A stretch of 63,819 bases of DNA, filler included, from Octopus bimaculoides (Eukaryota), in the NCBI RefSeq assembly GCF_001194135.2. It is 5 parts of 4 records of this genome, joined end to end, with 100 filler letters (N's around TTAATTAATTAA, not from the genome) between each part and the next. Parts side by side here need not be neighbours in the genome. Positions count along the whole stretch, not along the records: positions 1 to 22,541 come from NC_068989.1; 4 more parts are not named here. One strand, given 5' to 3'. This document shows, in pieces, positions 1 to 13,030 of this stretch. The position numbers and the translations under genes are program-made. The first letter of the stretch is position 1; each line of letters starts with the position of its first letter. The notes under the pieces are model-generated. The model was not told the DNA's origin, searched no databases, and saw only the letters and a list, made by a program, of their open reading frames with translations.

Positions 1-180
1 ATATATATATATATAAACAGATGTGTGTATTTTTCCCTTGTTAACAATTAACACAGAAAGAATAGATAAATAGTTACCAGGGTAGCAAAAAATCACACAA
101 AGAAAAAGTTGTAACTCCTTGTTTTTAAAAGTAGAAACTCCGGGTTTACGTGAAATATTTTATATAATATATATAAATAA

Positions 181-445
181 ATAAATGGAGTTAAACGCAG
201 GTGTTATTCAAATTCTGTTACTTCCGACATATATTTGGAAGACAACATTAGTATTATTCCAAAGAAATAAAATGGTGTAAAACAATGAAATCTTCTCATC
301 AGGGAAATGAAGAAATGAAACTCGTTAATAAGTCATTTTAACAGAAAATGATGGTTATGTATAGTGATTAACTGAACGCTATTAAGTTTGTTTCGAAAAA
401 ACGTTACATGATATAACGTTAGCACCTGCGTTTAACTCCATTTAT
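181..445. mobile_element. Fold-back element with 23-bp terminal inverted repeats in (TA)n; probable Penelope-like pseudo-LTR remnant
   Basis: ATAAATGGAGTTAAACGCAGGTG (181-203) is the exact reverse complement of 423-445; it encloses a degenerate hammerhead motif on the minus strand. Confidence 0.55.
222..306 (-). ncRNA. Degenerate minimal hammerhead ribozyme
   Basis: Minus strand: UUCC-CUGAUGA-GAAGAU...GUCUUC-cAAA-uAUAUG-UC-GGAA. Stem I UUCC/GGAA and stem II GAAGAU/GUCUUC pair, but G12 is C and the helix III palindrome is broken. Confidence 0.5.
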
Positions 446-464
446 ATATATGTCTATATATATA

Positions 465-700
465 TTGGCGCGAATTTTGCTCGGTGATCAGAGCGAATGG
501 TTAGAACCGTTCAACATCGTGTGTTCGATCCGTCAAGGTTGCCTCTACTCGGCCTTTTTGTACTTACTGACACGTGAGCCAATACTGCAGAAGTGCTCCT
601 CAACAAAAACAATAACATGTAACGAAAACATCTTTAAATGATTGTTCCGGAGTATATTCACCATCCGCTTCAATTACTGCTTCCCATTTGTGTGACAGAC
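465..700 (+). pseudogene. Degenerate non-LTR retrotransposon (L1/Tx1-like) reverse transcriptase fragment
   Basis: EPFNIVCSIRQGCLYSAFLYLLTREPILQK resembles the RT motif F.I..SVRQGCPLSP.LY.L..EPLL.K. Confidence 0.6.
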
Positions 701-1117
701 GGTCAGACCGTCATTTAAAGATGTTTTTGTTAAATATCGTTATTGCTGAATAAAGTTTGTATATATCAATAGCCCTCCCCCCCAATGGGATAAGAACATA
801 ACAGACGACAATAAAAACATACGGACAGATAGACGATACAAAGTCGGACAGGAAAAAACAAGGATGGATCATTCGTGGCCTTCTATTCATCAGTCAAGTT
901 TCCAAATTATCATTACAGTTTTGGCCTATTATACTTGAGACTAAGCTAAGAGCATTAAATTTTTGGAAGAAAGCAAGCGAACTTGTACGACAACATAGAC
1001 AAAAAAAAAAGCGAGAAAACGTTACACGATTACAAATACAATACGTACGTACATACATACATACATACATACATACATACATACATACATGCATACATAC
1101 TGTCTAAATACCAATCT

Positions 1118-1228
1118 TGAGAAATTAGGCTTTTCAAAACCAGAAAGGAGAAAGCTGATTCGAAGACTACAAATGCAAGCCATCACTGGAACTATAAAAA
1201 TCTTTAAAACTTTCCGGAAGATTATCAT
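1118..1228 (+). pseudogene. Possible C-terminal fragment of a restriction-like-endonuclease LINE ORF
   Basis: Translates as EKLGFSKPERRKLIRRLQMQAITGTIKIFKTFRKI, similar to the typical LQ...L.GT.KI...F terminus; short and unverified. Confidence 0.3.
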
Positions 1229-2376
1229 TTAAGTATATATGAGTATGTATATAGATATGCAACTATATTGCATGAGAATACATACATAAAAGAAAACATA
1301 CAAATCTGCACGTATACATACCTACAAACATACATACATACAAAAATACCCTGCTGCTGATGTTGAAATTCCAATAAAGGAACCTTGGATCTAGGTTAGA
1401 AACCAGCTCTTTCTATATTGACAAGAAATGTTTAAATAAAACTGAACGACATATATATAGACGCGCACGCGCGCACACACGCATACACACACGCATACAC
1501 GCGTATATTGCTTTTTGAAGTTGAAAACTTTCAGGGGCCTCGTGTTTCGTGTAAAACATATAGAGGGAATGTACGTGTAACAGAGAGACAGGGAGATGGG
1601 AGATAGCGCGAGGGAATGGAAAGAGTAGGAAGGAGATAGAGGGAGGGGAAGAAGAAAGGGGAGAGAGGTGTAGGGAAGGAATGAGAGAATGAGAAAGGGG
1701 GAGATTGGAAGAAGCCGTTTGAAATGATTGTCGACAAGTTAAAGAGATAATCCAGTCGAATCAGATTGGGTTAATCCTCAGAGTAAGTATGTCCAAGCAT
1801 AGGAAGGAGAGACACGATCAATATCGGGAGGTGTGGGGTGGGTGCTGTTCTATAGGAAAGTGGTGGGGGAGGAAGCGGATTGTTTTAAAAGAGGATTACA
1901 CGGACAGATCTATTATGATTAAGGTTTGGAGGCAAGGGATCGGATGTGAGGGGNNNNNNNNNNNNNNNNNNNNNNNNNNNNNNNNNNNNNNNNNNNNNNN
2001 NNNNNNNNNNNNNNNNNNNNNNNNNNNNNNNNNNNNNNNNNNNNNNNNNNNNNNNNNNNNNNNNNNNNNNNNNNNNNNNNNNNNNNNNNNNNNNNNNNNN
2101 NNNNNNNNNNNNNNNNNNNNNNNNNNNNNNNNNNNNNNNNNNNNNNNNNNNNNNNNNNNNNNNNNNNNNNNNNNNNNNNNNNNNNNNNNNNNNNNNNNNN
2201 NNNNNNNNNNNNNNNNNNNNNNNNNNNNNNNNNNNNNNNNNNNNNNNNNNNNNNNNNNNNNNNNNNNNNNNNNNNNNNNNNNNNNNNNNNNNNNNNNNNN
2301 NNNNNNNNNNNNNNNNNNNNNNNNNNNNNNNNNNNNNNNNNNNNNNNNNNNNNNNNNNNNNNNNNNNNNNNNNNNN

Positions 2377-2425
<49 letters not shown>

Positions 2426-3552
2426 GTGTGTGTGTATGTGCATGTGTGTGTGTATGTGCTTCTTTGTGTTTATTCGTCCCCCACCACTGCTTGACAACCA
2501 GTGTTGGTCTGTTTACATCCCCGTAATTTAGTAGTTCATGATCACGCGACCGACCTGACTATCAGATGTTGTTACACATCATTCGTCACAGTGCGCTTCG
2601 CATCGTTTTAACCTTCGAATGACGCCACTCTACTGGCTAGGTGAGTAGGCCAACTATTCTCCTCTGGTCGAAAGGGGAACGTGATCACGTGGTAATTATT
2701 CCACTGCCATCCCCACTTCTATTCCCCTTCTATTGCATCGTTCTCTGTTCTATTATTGTTGACCCACTCAGTTCCCTTCTATACCCTTTAACACTCTCTT
2801 TATCTTTCATTTTTTCTTTTATTTGTTCCAGTCATTGGATTGTGGTCATGCTGAGGCATCGCATTGAAGAATTTAGTCAAACAAATCGATCAAAGTACAT
2901 AATTTCTTTTTATATCTGATACGTATTCTATCGACTTCACTTGACAGGAACAAAATTTCAAAACGTCGAGGAAATCCAACTGGATGCGACAAGGCAGCTT
3001 CTCGCTATCCTCCAAATGGGGTTCCAGGAATGCTTCCATGAATGGAGACGATACCGGATAAAGTGTGCAGCTTCAGGGTGGGGTGGGGTGGGCTACTTCG
3101 AAGGAGATTAAATGCCGAATTGATGTCTTGTAGTTTTGTTTTTATAGCACAAGTCCCAACACTTTATAACATGAGAGGATCTCTCATATGGACTNNNNNN
3201 NNNNNNNNNNNNNNNNNNNNNNNNNNNNNNNNNNNNNNNNNNNNNNNNNNNNNNNNNNNNNNNNNNNNNNNNNNNNNNNNNNNNNNNNNNNNNNNNNNNN
3301 NNNNNNNNNNNNNNNNNNNNNNNNNNNNNNNNNNNNNNNNNNNNNNNNNNNNNNNNNNNNNNNNNNNNNNNNNNNNNNNNNNNNNNNNNNNNNNNNNNNN
3401 NNNNNNNNNNNNNNNNNNNNNNNNNNNNNNNNNNNNNNNNNNNNNNNNNNNNNNNNNNNNNNNNNNNNNNNNNNNNNNNNNNNNNNNNNNNNNNNNNNNN
3501 NNNNNNNNNNNNNNNNNNNNNNNNNNNNNNNNNNNNNNNNNNNNNNNNNNNN

Positions 3553-3588
<36 letters not shown>

Positions 3589-4796
3589 GAGAGAGGGAGA
3601 GAGAGAGAGAGAGAGAGAGTACTTAGTCAGTCACTGGAGTCGCAAATAGCCATTAGGCTTATTACAAAATAGCTACTAGCGACAGAAGGAGCCTCAATAC
3701 CAAAGAGTAATGCTTATTTCCAACTCAACGTGAATATCTTGTCTGTCATTGACAAGGAAAGCCAAGATCACGTGATATGGCAGTAATATAAACACGAGTG
3801 CTTTTATTCACTACAGGTTGTTACGAGAGGTTCTCTCGGGGTAAGTGATTCAGTATTTTGTGTTCTAACACAGCATTCACTTTTAAGTGGCGATAGATAT
3901 TACCTTTTGGTATTGATATTGCTTCTGTCGCTATTAATTATGAGTGTGTGTGTGTGTGTATGTGTGTGTCCCTCTACCAACCTTCAATTCTTTGTTTGTT
4001 TGTTTGTTTGTTTCTTTCTTTTGTTCTCCCCCCCTCTCTCTCTTTCTCTCCAGCTCTGTGTTTTCTTTTTCTTTCTCTCCTTATACCACCATATGTTACC
4101 TTTACATCTCCTTTTTCTCAGCTATGAAACACGCGCGCGCGCGCTCATTTATGAACACACAAATACACACAGGTACTCACACACGCATGTGCCTAGTCCG
4201 ATCATCAAGTCTCACACACACACACACACGCACTCAAAGACACTCGTTCATACCACACACACACACACATACCCCTACACACAAAAATACACACGCAGAT
4301 ACACATACATCCATCCACGCCCCCACGCACATAAACACACTCACACGTACCCCCCACATGCACGCATACTCACAATCTTCCCCCCTCTCTNNNNNNNNNN
4401 NNNNNNNNNNNNNNNNNNNNNNNNNNNNNNNNNNNNNNNNNNNNNNNNNNNNNNNNNNNNNNNNNNNNNNNNNNNNNNNNNNNNNNNNNNNNNNNNNNNN
4501 NNNNNNNNNNNNNNNNNNNNNNNNNNNNNNNNNNNNNNNNNNNNNNNNNNNNNNNNNNNNNNNNNNNNNNNNNNNNNNNNNNNNNNNNNNNNNNNNNNNN
4601 NNNNNNNNNNNNNNNNNNNNNNNNNNNNNNNNNNNNNNNNNNNNNNNNNNNNNNNNNNNNNNNNNNNNNNNNNNNNNNNNNNNNNNNNNNNNNNNNNNNN
4701 NNNNNNNNNNNNNNNNNNNNNNNNNNNNNNNNNNNNNNNNNNNNNNNNNNNNNNNNNNNNNNNNNNNNNNNNNNNNNNNNNNNNNNNNNNNNNNNN

Positions 4797-5192
4797 GGTA
4801 GTGCTTGTGGTAGTGGTGGGGGTGAAGGTGGTGATGATGGTGATAGTGGTGATGGTAGTGATGGTGATGGCGGTTGTGGTCGTGGTGGTGGAAATATTAA
4901 TAGTAGTAGTAGTTGAAGTAGTAGTAGTAGAAGTAGTGGCGGTGGTAATAGTGGTAGTATTGGTGGTGGTACTTGTGGTGGTGGTATGGTAGCAGTGGTG
5001 GTAGAGATGGGGGTGGGAGCAGCTGTGATAGTACTAGTGGTGGCAGTGGTAGTAGTTGTGGAGGTGGTAGTAGTGCTAGTCGTAGTGGTAGCAAAGGTAG
5101 TAACGATAGTGGTGGTGGTGGTTGCAATGAAATGGTGGTAGTAGTGGCAGTAGTGGTGGCGATGAAGCAGTTGTTGTTGCTGGAGATGATAC

Positions 5193-5278
<86 letters not shown>

Positions 5279-5282
5279 GTGG

Positions 5283-5328
<46 letters not shown>

Positions 5329-5420
5329 CGGGGTAATAACGATGCAGTTGGAGGTGGTGATGGTGTTAGTGACGTCAAGAGTGACGGTTGTTGTAATGAT
5401 GATGATGATGGTAGTGGGAG
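4797..5420. repeat. Compound trinucleotide array (GTA/GTG/GAT)n including a long (GAT)n tract
   Basis: Direct inspection; source of the spurious poly-M, poly-V and poly-S ORFs. Confidence 0.95.
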
Positions 5421-5864
5421 GGGGGCATGGTAATAAACTTTTTAGTGTGTGTGTGTGTGTGTGTGAGTGTGTAGGATAACCAAAGAGGTAGGGAGCTGTT
5501 CTGCGTCCCTTCCGTCAGCGCGTGGGGCGGGGGGGGGATCCTTGCGTCACCACTCGCTCAGTGATTGTTTTGGCAGGTGATGGCAGCCATTTTAACCTGT
5601 TTTCAATCATCAACTTGAAGGTGTTGCGTTCGTGGTTGAGGTAGGGGTGGCAGTGGGGAGGGGATGGTGGTAAAAAAAACTAGAATATAGTGTATGTATG
5701 TATGTATATGCGCAATTACACACACACACACACACACGCTCACGCACGCACACACACACACAAACGAACAAGCACACACAAACAAACATACACACACATA
5801 TACACAAATGTGAGCACATTCGTACAAAACTAAAGTTGAAAAATTATCACTCGGAAACCAAAGG

Positions 5865-5912
<48 letters not shown>

Positions 5913-6472
5913 AGTGTGTGTGTGTAAGCTCGTACACACACGCACACACGCACGCACGCACGCACACACGCACACACACGCACGCACGCACACACACACA
6001 CACACACGCACGCACACGCACGCACGCACGTACGCACACACACGGTTATTGCATTGTTCTGAATACACAGGATTTTCTGATGATCGGTTACGCGAAACGC
6101 TGAGTAACGGTTTCCCTGTGTAGTTTTTTTTAGCCTCAGTAAAACCCAATTTTATCTTTGGTTTTCGAGGGTTATATTTTTGCATCTTGTTTTGCACGTA
6201 TGTACTCACCCTTGTGTATATGTGTGTGTGTACACGCGTTTGTGTTTGTGTCTGTGCTTTTGTTTGTGTGTATGTACGTATTTAGATACATACATATATA
6301 CAGACAGACAGAGAATGCATAGGATTCAAGCGCACCCAGTGAAAACTATATTTTTGGGGTGTTGGGTCATAAAAATGAAAAACTTAATCTCCGAATCGAA
6401 CGAACTTAGAAACATTTTGGGACTGATTTGAAACATTACATTTATAATATTGGATTTATCTCATATGGTCAA

Positions 6473-6786
6473 TGAGTGACCCCCTTCGGTCATGACTGAC
6501 CCTGGGATTGTACCTAGAAAGTTACTCTCCGAGGCACAAGTCTGGGAAAGGTTGTTTGTGGAAGACCAGTAGTCGCCCATGCATACCGGCCTCCCCTCTC
6601 CACGCCACCAGTGTTATCCAAGGGAAAGGCAAAGGGGCCGACACAGCTTGGCACCAATGACGTCGCAACTCATTTCTACAGACAACTGGAGCAACGGGAA
6701 ATAAAGTGTCTTGCTCAAGTGTTCAACACGCAGCCCGATCTGGGAATCGAACTCGACGCTCTAACCACTGAGCCATGCGCCTTCAC
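6473..6786 (-). mobile_element. tRNA-derived SINE, family C
   Basis: Minus strand starts GTGAAGGCGCATGGCTCAGTGGTTAGAGCG..GTTCGATTCCC (A and B boxes), then TTGAGCAAGACACTTTATTT core; related copies near 22775, 48520-48660 (-) and 49228-49510 (+). Confidence 0.75.
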
Positions 6787-7089
6787 GATGTACAAATATG
6801 ATAATAATAACTATTTATATTAGCATGCCTGTGTTTGTTTTGATGGTAAGAGTGAAAAAGAAAATCGATCTTGTTTGTAAAACGTTTTGGGCCTGGATTT
6901 GCACTCACTACGAAAATTTCGTTCATTTTGTTCACTTACGCATGCATTTCTGTGGAACATCATGGTCTTCAAGTTCTATTACATCGTTCTCATTCTTTTC
7001 CTTCCAATTTGGTACATACTTCATCGATATCTGATGTCCAACCGCTATGTTACAGGTATAAATAGCCAGGGCTTAAATCATAAAGCTGT

Positions 7090-7230
7090 TATTTCAACCG
7101 GTGTAAACCACGTGGTTTCGGGTGGAATCGCACTGCATGGCACCTTGGGCAAGAGTTCTCTGCTATAGCTCCGGGATAATCAATACTTTGTAAGTGAACT
7201 TGGTAGACAGAAACTGTGTGGAATCCTGTA

Positions 7231-7274
<44 letters not shown>

Positions 7275-7392
7275 ACGGGATGGGGGAGGGGTCGGCAAAA
7301 AAGACCGATGAAATATCACTCCTAGAATAATAAGTTCGACAAAACTGTTCAAGGTGGTGCTCTAGCATGGCCGCAGTCCAATGACTGAAACA
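7090..7392 (+). mobile_element. SINE family A (CORE-like, internal microsatellite)
   Basis: GCACCTTGGGCAAG core, TTGGTAGACAGAAACTG, (TG)n, then tail GCATGGCCGCAGTCCAATGACTGAAAC shared with other copies. Confidence 0.75.
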
Positions 7393-7519
7393 ACCGACAA
7401 ACGATAAACATACATGTATGAATAAACACCCACACAAACCCACACATTCATATCCGTTAATCCATCCACCCTCTTTATCTATCTGTCTGTCTGTCTGTCC
7501 GTCGGTCTTCTGCTTGTAC

Positions 7520-7765
7520 ATGCATACATACACACACATACATACACACACATTCATACACACATACACACATACATACATGCAAACATGCATACATACT
7601 TACACACACATACATGCATACACACATACACATATACATACATGCACACACATACATACATACATATATACATAATACATTCATACACACATACATACAT
7701 ACATACATACATACACATAGACACATGCACATATACATACATACACACACATACACACATACATA

Positions 7766-7796
<31 letters not shown>

Positions 7797-7812
7797 CATA
7801 CATACATACATA
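7520..7812. repeat. (ACAT)n/(AC)n compound microsatellite
   Basis: Direct inspection. Confidence 0.95.
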
Positions 7813-8370
7813 CCCCCCCACTTTTTTCACACCTCCTTTTCATAATACCGGAGAAGGGTGTTAATGCATTGGCGAAATATAATGGACCCTGTTATCCCTT
7901 ACCTCAGGCACACACGATGCAGGTGTGGAATATTTAGGGGGGGGGGACCATTATTCACTGACTTTGTACCCAACCCCCTGGTGTGGTTATGAGGTACTTT
8001 TCAACAGTTAGGGGCCAATCGGGTTGGCTCTCATAGAGTACAGTTACATAAGTCAAGGTAACAATGGGTGTAGAAGGATTAGTGGCTGGTGGTGGTGTTG
8101 GTAACGGTGGTGGTGGTAGTGGTAATGATGGTGGTGATGATGGTGGTGGTGGTGGTGGTGGTGGTGGTGGTAATGATGGTGGTGATGATGATGGTATTGG
8201 TGATGTTGTTGGTGACGGTTTTGGTGACGGCAGTGGTGGTGATGGCATTTGTATAAAAAATTTTATGTATGTGTGTGTTTGTGTATGTTTGTATGTATGT
8301 ATGTATGTATGTATGTATGCATTCATGTGTGTGCATATATGTATATATGTATATATCTTTTTATCGTGTG

Positions 8371-8573
8371 TCAGCCATTAGACTGCGGCCATGCTGGGGC
8401 ACCGCCTTGAGTTTTTAGTGGATTGAATCGACCCCAGGACTTATTGTTTGTAAAGCTTGGTGCTAATCTATCGGCCACTTGTGCTGAACTGCTAGGTTAC
8501 GGGGATGTTAACATACCAACACCGGTTGTCAACTAGTTGTTGGGGAACAAACAAACACACACATACATACATA

Positions 8574-8653
<80 letters not shown>

Positions 8654-8772
8654 TACGACGAGCTTCTTCAAGTTTCTGTCAGCCAAATTCACTTACAAGG
8701 CTTCGGTCAGCCCAAGGTGACACGCAGTGGTACCGAACCTAGAATCGTGTCGTTGGGAAGCAAGCTTCTAAC
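8371..8772 (-). mobile_element. SINE family A copy with long internal (CA)n
   Basis: Reverse complement of the 14608 copy's head and of the shared tail (GACTGCGGCCATGCTGGGGCACCGCC). Confidence 0.75.
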
Positions 8773-8942
8773 CAAAGAGCCAAGTTGATAAGAAACTTTA
8801 AAAATATAAAGTCCCAACAAATTTCCAAACAGAGCTTACAAAGGTGCTGCAAACAGAAATAGGTTGTCCCCAAAATAACGAAGCAGGCTTTTACAACAAC
8901 AGGGCAGTAAGGGATTTACTCTTGCAGAACAATATTCTACAG

Positions 8943-9030
8943 CAGTGCTACTCAAAGAGGTGATCCGCGGACCGGTGCCGGTCCACGAGCCATCAGCTGC
9001 CGGTCCACGAGCCATCAGCTGCCGGTACTA
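8943..9030 (+). mobile_element. hAT/Charlie-type MITE 5' end with 22-bp internal tandem duplication
   Basis: CAGTGCTACTCAAAG..GGACCGGTGCCGGTCC is a Charlie/MER5-like terminus; CCGGTCCACGAGCCATCAGCTG occurs twice (8978-8999, 9000-9021). Confidence 0.5.
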
Positions 9031-9162
9031 ACATTATAAAATGCTTATTTAATATTGTATTATTTGTTTACAAAACAAATATAAAATGAAAATAAATTTT
9101 CAATTTTTATTATGTTCATTATTTCCATTTGACAGATATTTGTCCTCATCTTGTTTGTTGTT

Positions 9163-9208
9163 AACACAACGTTTCGGCTGATATACCCTCCAGCCTTCAT
9201 CAGGTGAC
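9163..9208 (-). ncRNA. Minimal hammerhead ribozyme (mirror copy)
   Basis: Same motif on the minus strand; one U:U mismatch in stem I (GUCAC). Confidence 0.65.
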
Positions 9209-9252
9209 TTGGGGGAATTTCGAACCTGGGTCCCCATTCGAAATTTCCCCAA

Positions 9253-9298
9253 GACACCTGATGAAGGCTGGAGGGTATATCAGCCGAAACGTTGTGTT
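9253..9298 (+). ncRNA. Minimal type I hammerhead ribozyme
   Basis: GACAC-CUGAUGA-A-GGCUG(gagggtatat)CAGCC-GAAA-CG-UU-GUGUU: complete core, 5-bp stem I, 5-bp stem II, palindromic ACGU helix III; predicted cleavage after 9293. Confidence 0.75.
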
Positions 9299-9401
9299 AA
9301 CAACAAACAAGATGAGGACAAATATCTGTCAAATGTAAATAATGTAAATAATGTACATAATTCCTCATCTCTTAAATATAGAACATACATACATACATAT
9401 A

Positions 9402-9432
<31 letters not shown>

Positions 9433-9999
9433 TCTTTTATTATTTCACTTCTTTCAGTCATTTGACTGCAGCGGCCATGCTGGAGCACCTCCATCGATCC
9501 CAGGACTTATTCTATCAGTCTCTTATGCCGAATCGCTAGCTTACGGGGATTTAAACACACCAACATCGTCAAGCAATGGTGGTGGGGGAAACACAGACAG
9601 ACAAACACACACACACACACACATTATATTATATCATACCCTTATGTTTACTGGGGTGTGGGTACATACCTACGTACACAGACGTTCGTTAGGTGTTCGG
9701 GAATAGCAGGAGTCATCCCCCTTGAACCTCAAATTAAGGGAACCAATAATAAAAAAAAAGAATCGATTTGTCTTTAAAAAAATCAGAAGTTCTCTGCATT
9801 CTTATTTTTTTCTTTCTCTCTTGTATGTAAATAATAATATTGATTAACGAATATTATCCTGGCATGTGAAAATACTATTTTCCCGATAAACCTTTTATTA
9901 TGGAACGGGAACAGCTTCTATACGCCATATTTCCCACGATCGACCCACCTTCTCTGCTGGCATGCAGAGGGATCTCACTGGATATCTAATCGGCATCCG

Positions 10000-10046
<47 letters not shown>

Positions 10047-11090
10047 CACACACACATTTATAGGGAGAGAGAGATACATCCATCCATCTATCCATCCATA
10101 CATACATCCATCCATCCATCTATCCATCCTTCCATGCATCCATACGCGCACACACACTCACGCACACATACACCCACGCGCACACATACACCCACCCACG
10201 CGCTCTCTCTCTCTCTCGCACACACACACGTTGGTAAGAGATGATTTCTGGAGATGAATATCGCAGTTTCGAATATTAATTATATTAATATTAGAATTAA
10301 ACTCATTTGTACCCGAGGCGACATTCACCCGGGGTAGGTTGAGGTAGCTCTCACCAACGAGTTCACCACGTCCCTCACGAATGCTGAATACATCCAACGT
10401 TCCAACAGGCAAAATAATACTTCTGTTAGCGGCCCAAAAATCCAGCTTGCAAATTTAACAAATGCTCCCTGGGAGAGCAGGTGCGTCGGATATGGCGGCG
10501 CCGTGGCCGTAGACATCATTCGTTGTTGAAATGTAGAATCCATGTTCGGAGTTTCAGAAGGAGCACAAGTTCACGCGTGGTCCTCAGTCACATGCATACA
10601 CATGGGATAGTATGATCCATAATAGCTTATCTTACCATCGATTGTCGACCATCGCAGAGGATTCGCTAACCTAGTCACAGCCGATTGTCAGTGCAGACGT
10701 AGCCTGAGTTTGAAGCGGGTGGCATAGGTGCTATTTAACTCGTTGTTGGGACCCGAACGGGTGCTACTACCCCGGGTCAGAGTAGATCTGGGAACAAATA
10801 GTGACTAAGAGGTGGTTCCACAATCCTCAAAACCCCGGAATTCCCGTACCAAGGCCCCACACAAACAGATGTGGTTTAAAGTCTAACTTAAGACTAGTCT
10901 TATCCATACCTGGTTTTCAACAATGTATATACGTTAAATATGATTTATATATATGTGTGTCTGTGTGTGAGCGTGCGTGCGCGCGTGTATGTACATGCAC
11001 CGTATCAATCTTCCTCAAAATACGCTGCCATCTCTCAAAACCAGCAAAGGGTGAAATTCCAACAACTTATGCTCCCTTATTTCTGTCACT

Positions 11091-11152
<62 letters not shown>

Positions 11153-12223
11153 GTTCACCCTTTATGCTCTCCTCTTTCTACCGACCATATGTCTTTATTT
11201 CGTTTTATTTATTTACTTATTTATTCATTCATTCATTTATTCTATTATTCACCTAAATTAATACTTATTAATTGCTGGCAAGGACACAAATAATTCGTTT
11301 TACAACCATAATATACTACCAAGAGTATTACCAGTTTACAAATCAATACTGTACCTTATCCTGTGTTAGCAGTGCGATAGTCTCACTTTTAAGTCGACCT
11401 CCTTAGATTTTCTATTGAATTCAGAGCTAGCACCATCGTAGCTTACAGCGCTGGCTCTGAATTCTATAGAAAATCTATAAAAATAAACCTAAAAGTGTAA
11501 ATCAATACCAGACTGGTCAACCTATCTCTCTTTGGAAATCAGTTCTCTCTTAGTACTCATATACTACTTCGACCAACTTATTTTATTATTGTGATTATTT
11601 GACTTCGTTTATCCCCGATTTTTTTTTTTTTTTACTTTACTGCATTTATCTGCTGTTTCTTCCTCTGAATTTGTGTTGTTCTGTAAACATTGTTCCCTTA
11701 AAGTAAATCATAAATGGCAACACGCTGAGTACATCTGTTGCCTGTGGATATATAGGGAGTCAACCTCCTCTCCAGTAGTAGTCCTGATGTCTTCAACCAC
11801 GATGTATCGTTCTGAGGATACTACTGTTGGTGCACATATACGTGCCCTTTTATGTATGGTTACACACACGCATATATGTTTATTTATATATGTTTGTATA
11901 TGTATATTTATATATGTTTGTATATGTATATTTATATGTGAGTTGCTATTGATGCAATATCTGTTACATAACTAACAAGGTTATGGAACAGCTGTAAACG
12001 AATGGAACAAACATTTACCCTCTCACCTCACTTCTCATCTCTTATATACATACATACGTACACACACACACACACACACACACATTGGTACTCAACAACA
12101 CTGACTTGATGAAAGTAACGTGAAGTGACGAGCTATACTCGAGGGCAAAACTCGCTGTATGGCCTTAAAGTTAAATTCATGACCTAATGATTATAAGTAG
12201 AACAGTCTAACCACGCAGCTATA

Positions 12224-12289
<66 letters not shown>

Positions 12290-12305
12290 CATATATTTAT
12301 ATATA

Positions 12306-12555
12306 TATATGCTAAATAAAATGAGATAACAAAGCCAAGGACATTTATAGGACATTTACAATGAGAAAAGTAGTCTTACAGCTGTTTCAAGGATATGAGG
12401 GATATCCCTTCATCAGAGACGATATGAGAGAGTTAAATAGAGGGAAATAGTAGAGTTCAATATATTCTCGAAGCAGCTGTATAAATGTCCTCTTTATAAA
12501 TGTCCTGGAAATTTCACACTGCCTGGTTTTGTTGTCTCATTTTATATAGCATATA
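12306..12555. mobile_element. Fold-back element of a second Penelope-like family
   Basis: Imperfect IR 12306-12340 / 12522-12555 plus inner AGGACATTTATA / TATAAATGTCCT IR; sits next to (TG)n(TA)n and contains a hammerhead. Confidence 0.6.
12373..12420 (-). ncRNA. Minimal hammerhead ribozyme, family 2
   Basis: Minus strand: GUCU-CUGAUGA-AGGGAUAU(cccuc)AUAUCCUU-GAAA-CAGCUG-UA-AGAC; 4-bp stem I, 8-bp stem II, palindromic CAGCUG. Confidence 0.7.
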
Positions 12556-12987
12556 CACGCTCACACACGACCCGCATTAAACTTCTCACTCATGCTATTA
12601 TTGAACCGGGAGTCTAATAGCGGTCCTTCCTTAGCACTTACATCGCCTTACCTGCCCTTTGGGTCTTCTGGATACCAAAACCTCTCTACCCCCCCTCTCT
12701 CTCTCTCACACACACACACACATTTTCCGGCATACTGGCCCACGTAGTACAAAGTGTAAACATTCAAATACAGCCACTATCTTCCCAACTCTTGCAGCAT
12801 GTCCTATGTCGTTTTTTGGTCCTCCGAAGTCTTCTCTGTGTATAAGTCGACCTACATTTTGGGGGCGAGCTGTACATTTTCGCCTGAGAAATTCGATTTG
12901 CAATACGGTACACAGCGTCTGATAATACAGCATTTGTACTACGTCCTTGCGTTATTGTTTTTTCTTGTTTGTTCTTTGTTTGGATTC

Positions 12988-13030
<43 letters not shown>

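Larger units (their letters stand above)
9126..9335. mobile_element. Penelope-like pseudo-LTR fold-back (99-bp inverted arms, 12-nt loop)
   Basis: 9126-9224 is the reverse complement of 9237-9335 with 2 mismatches; same sequence as the 3' end of the GIY-YIG element at 26011-26724. Confidence 0.85.

Noticed and set aside
10320-10570. GC-balanced patch with 60-70 aa open frames
   Set aside because: No recognisable motif on either strand; probably TE debris.
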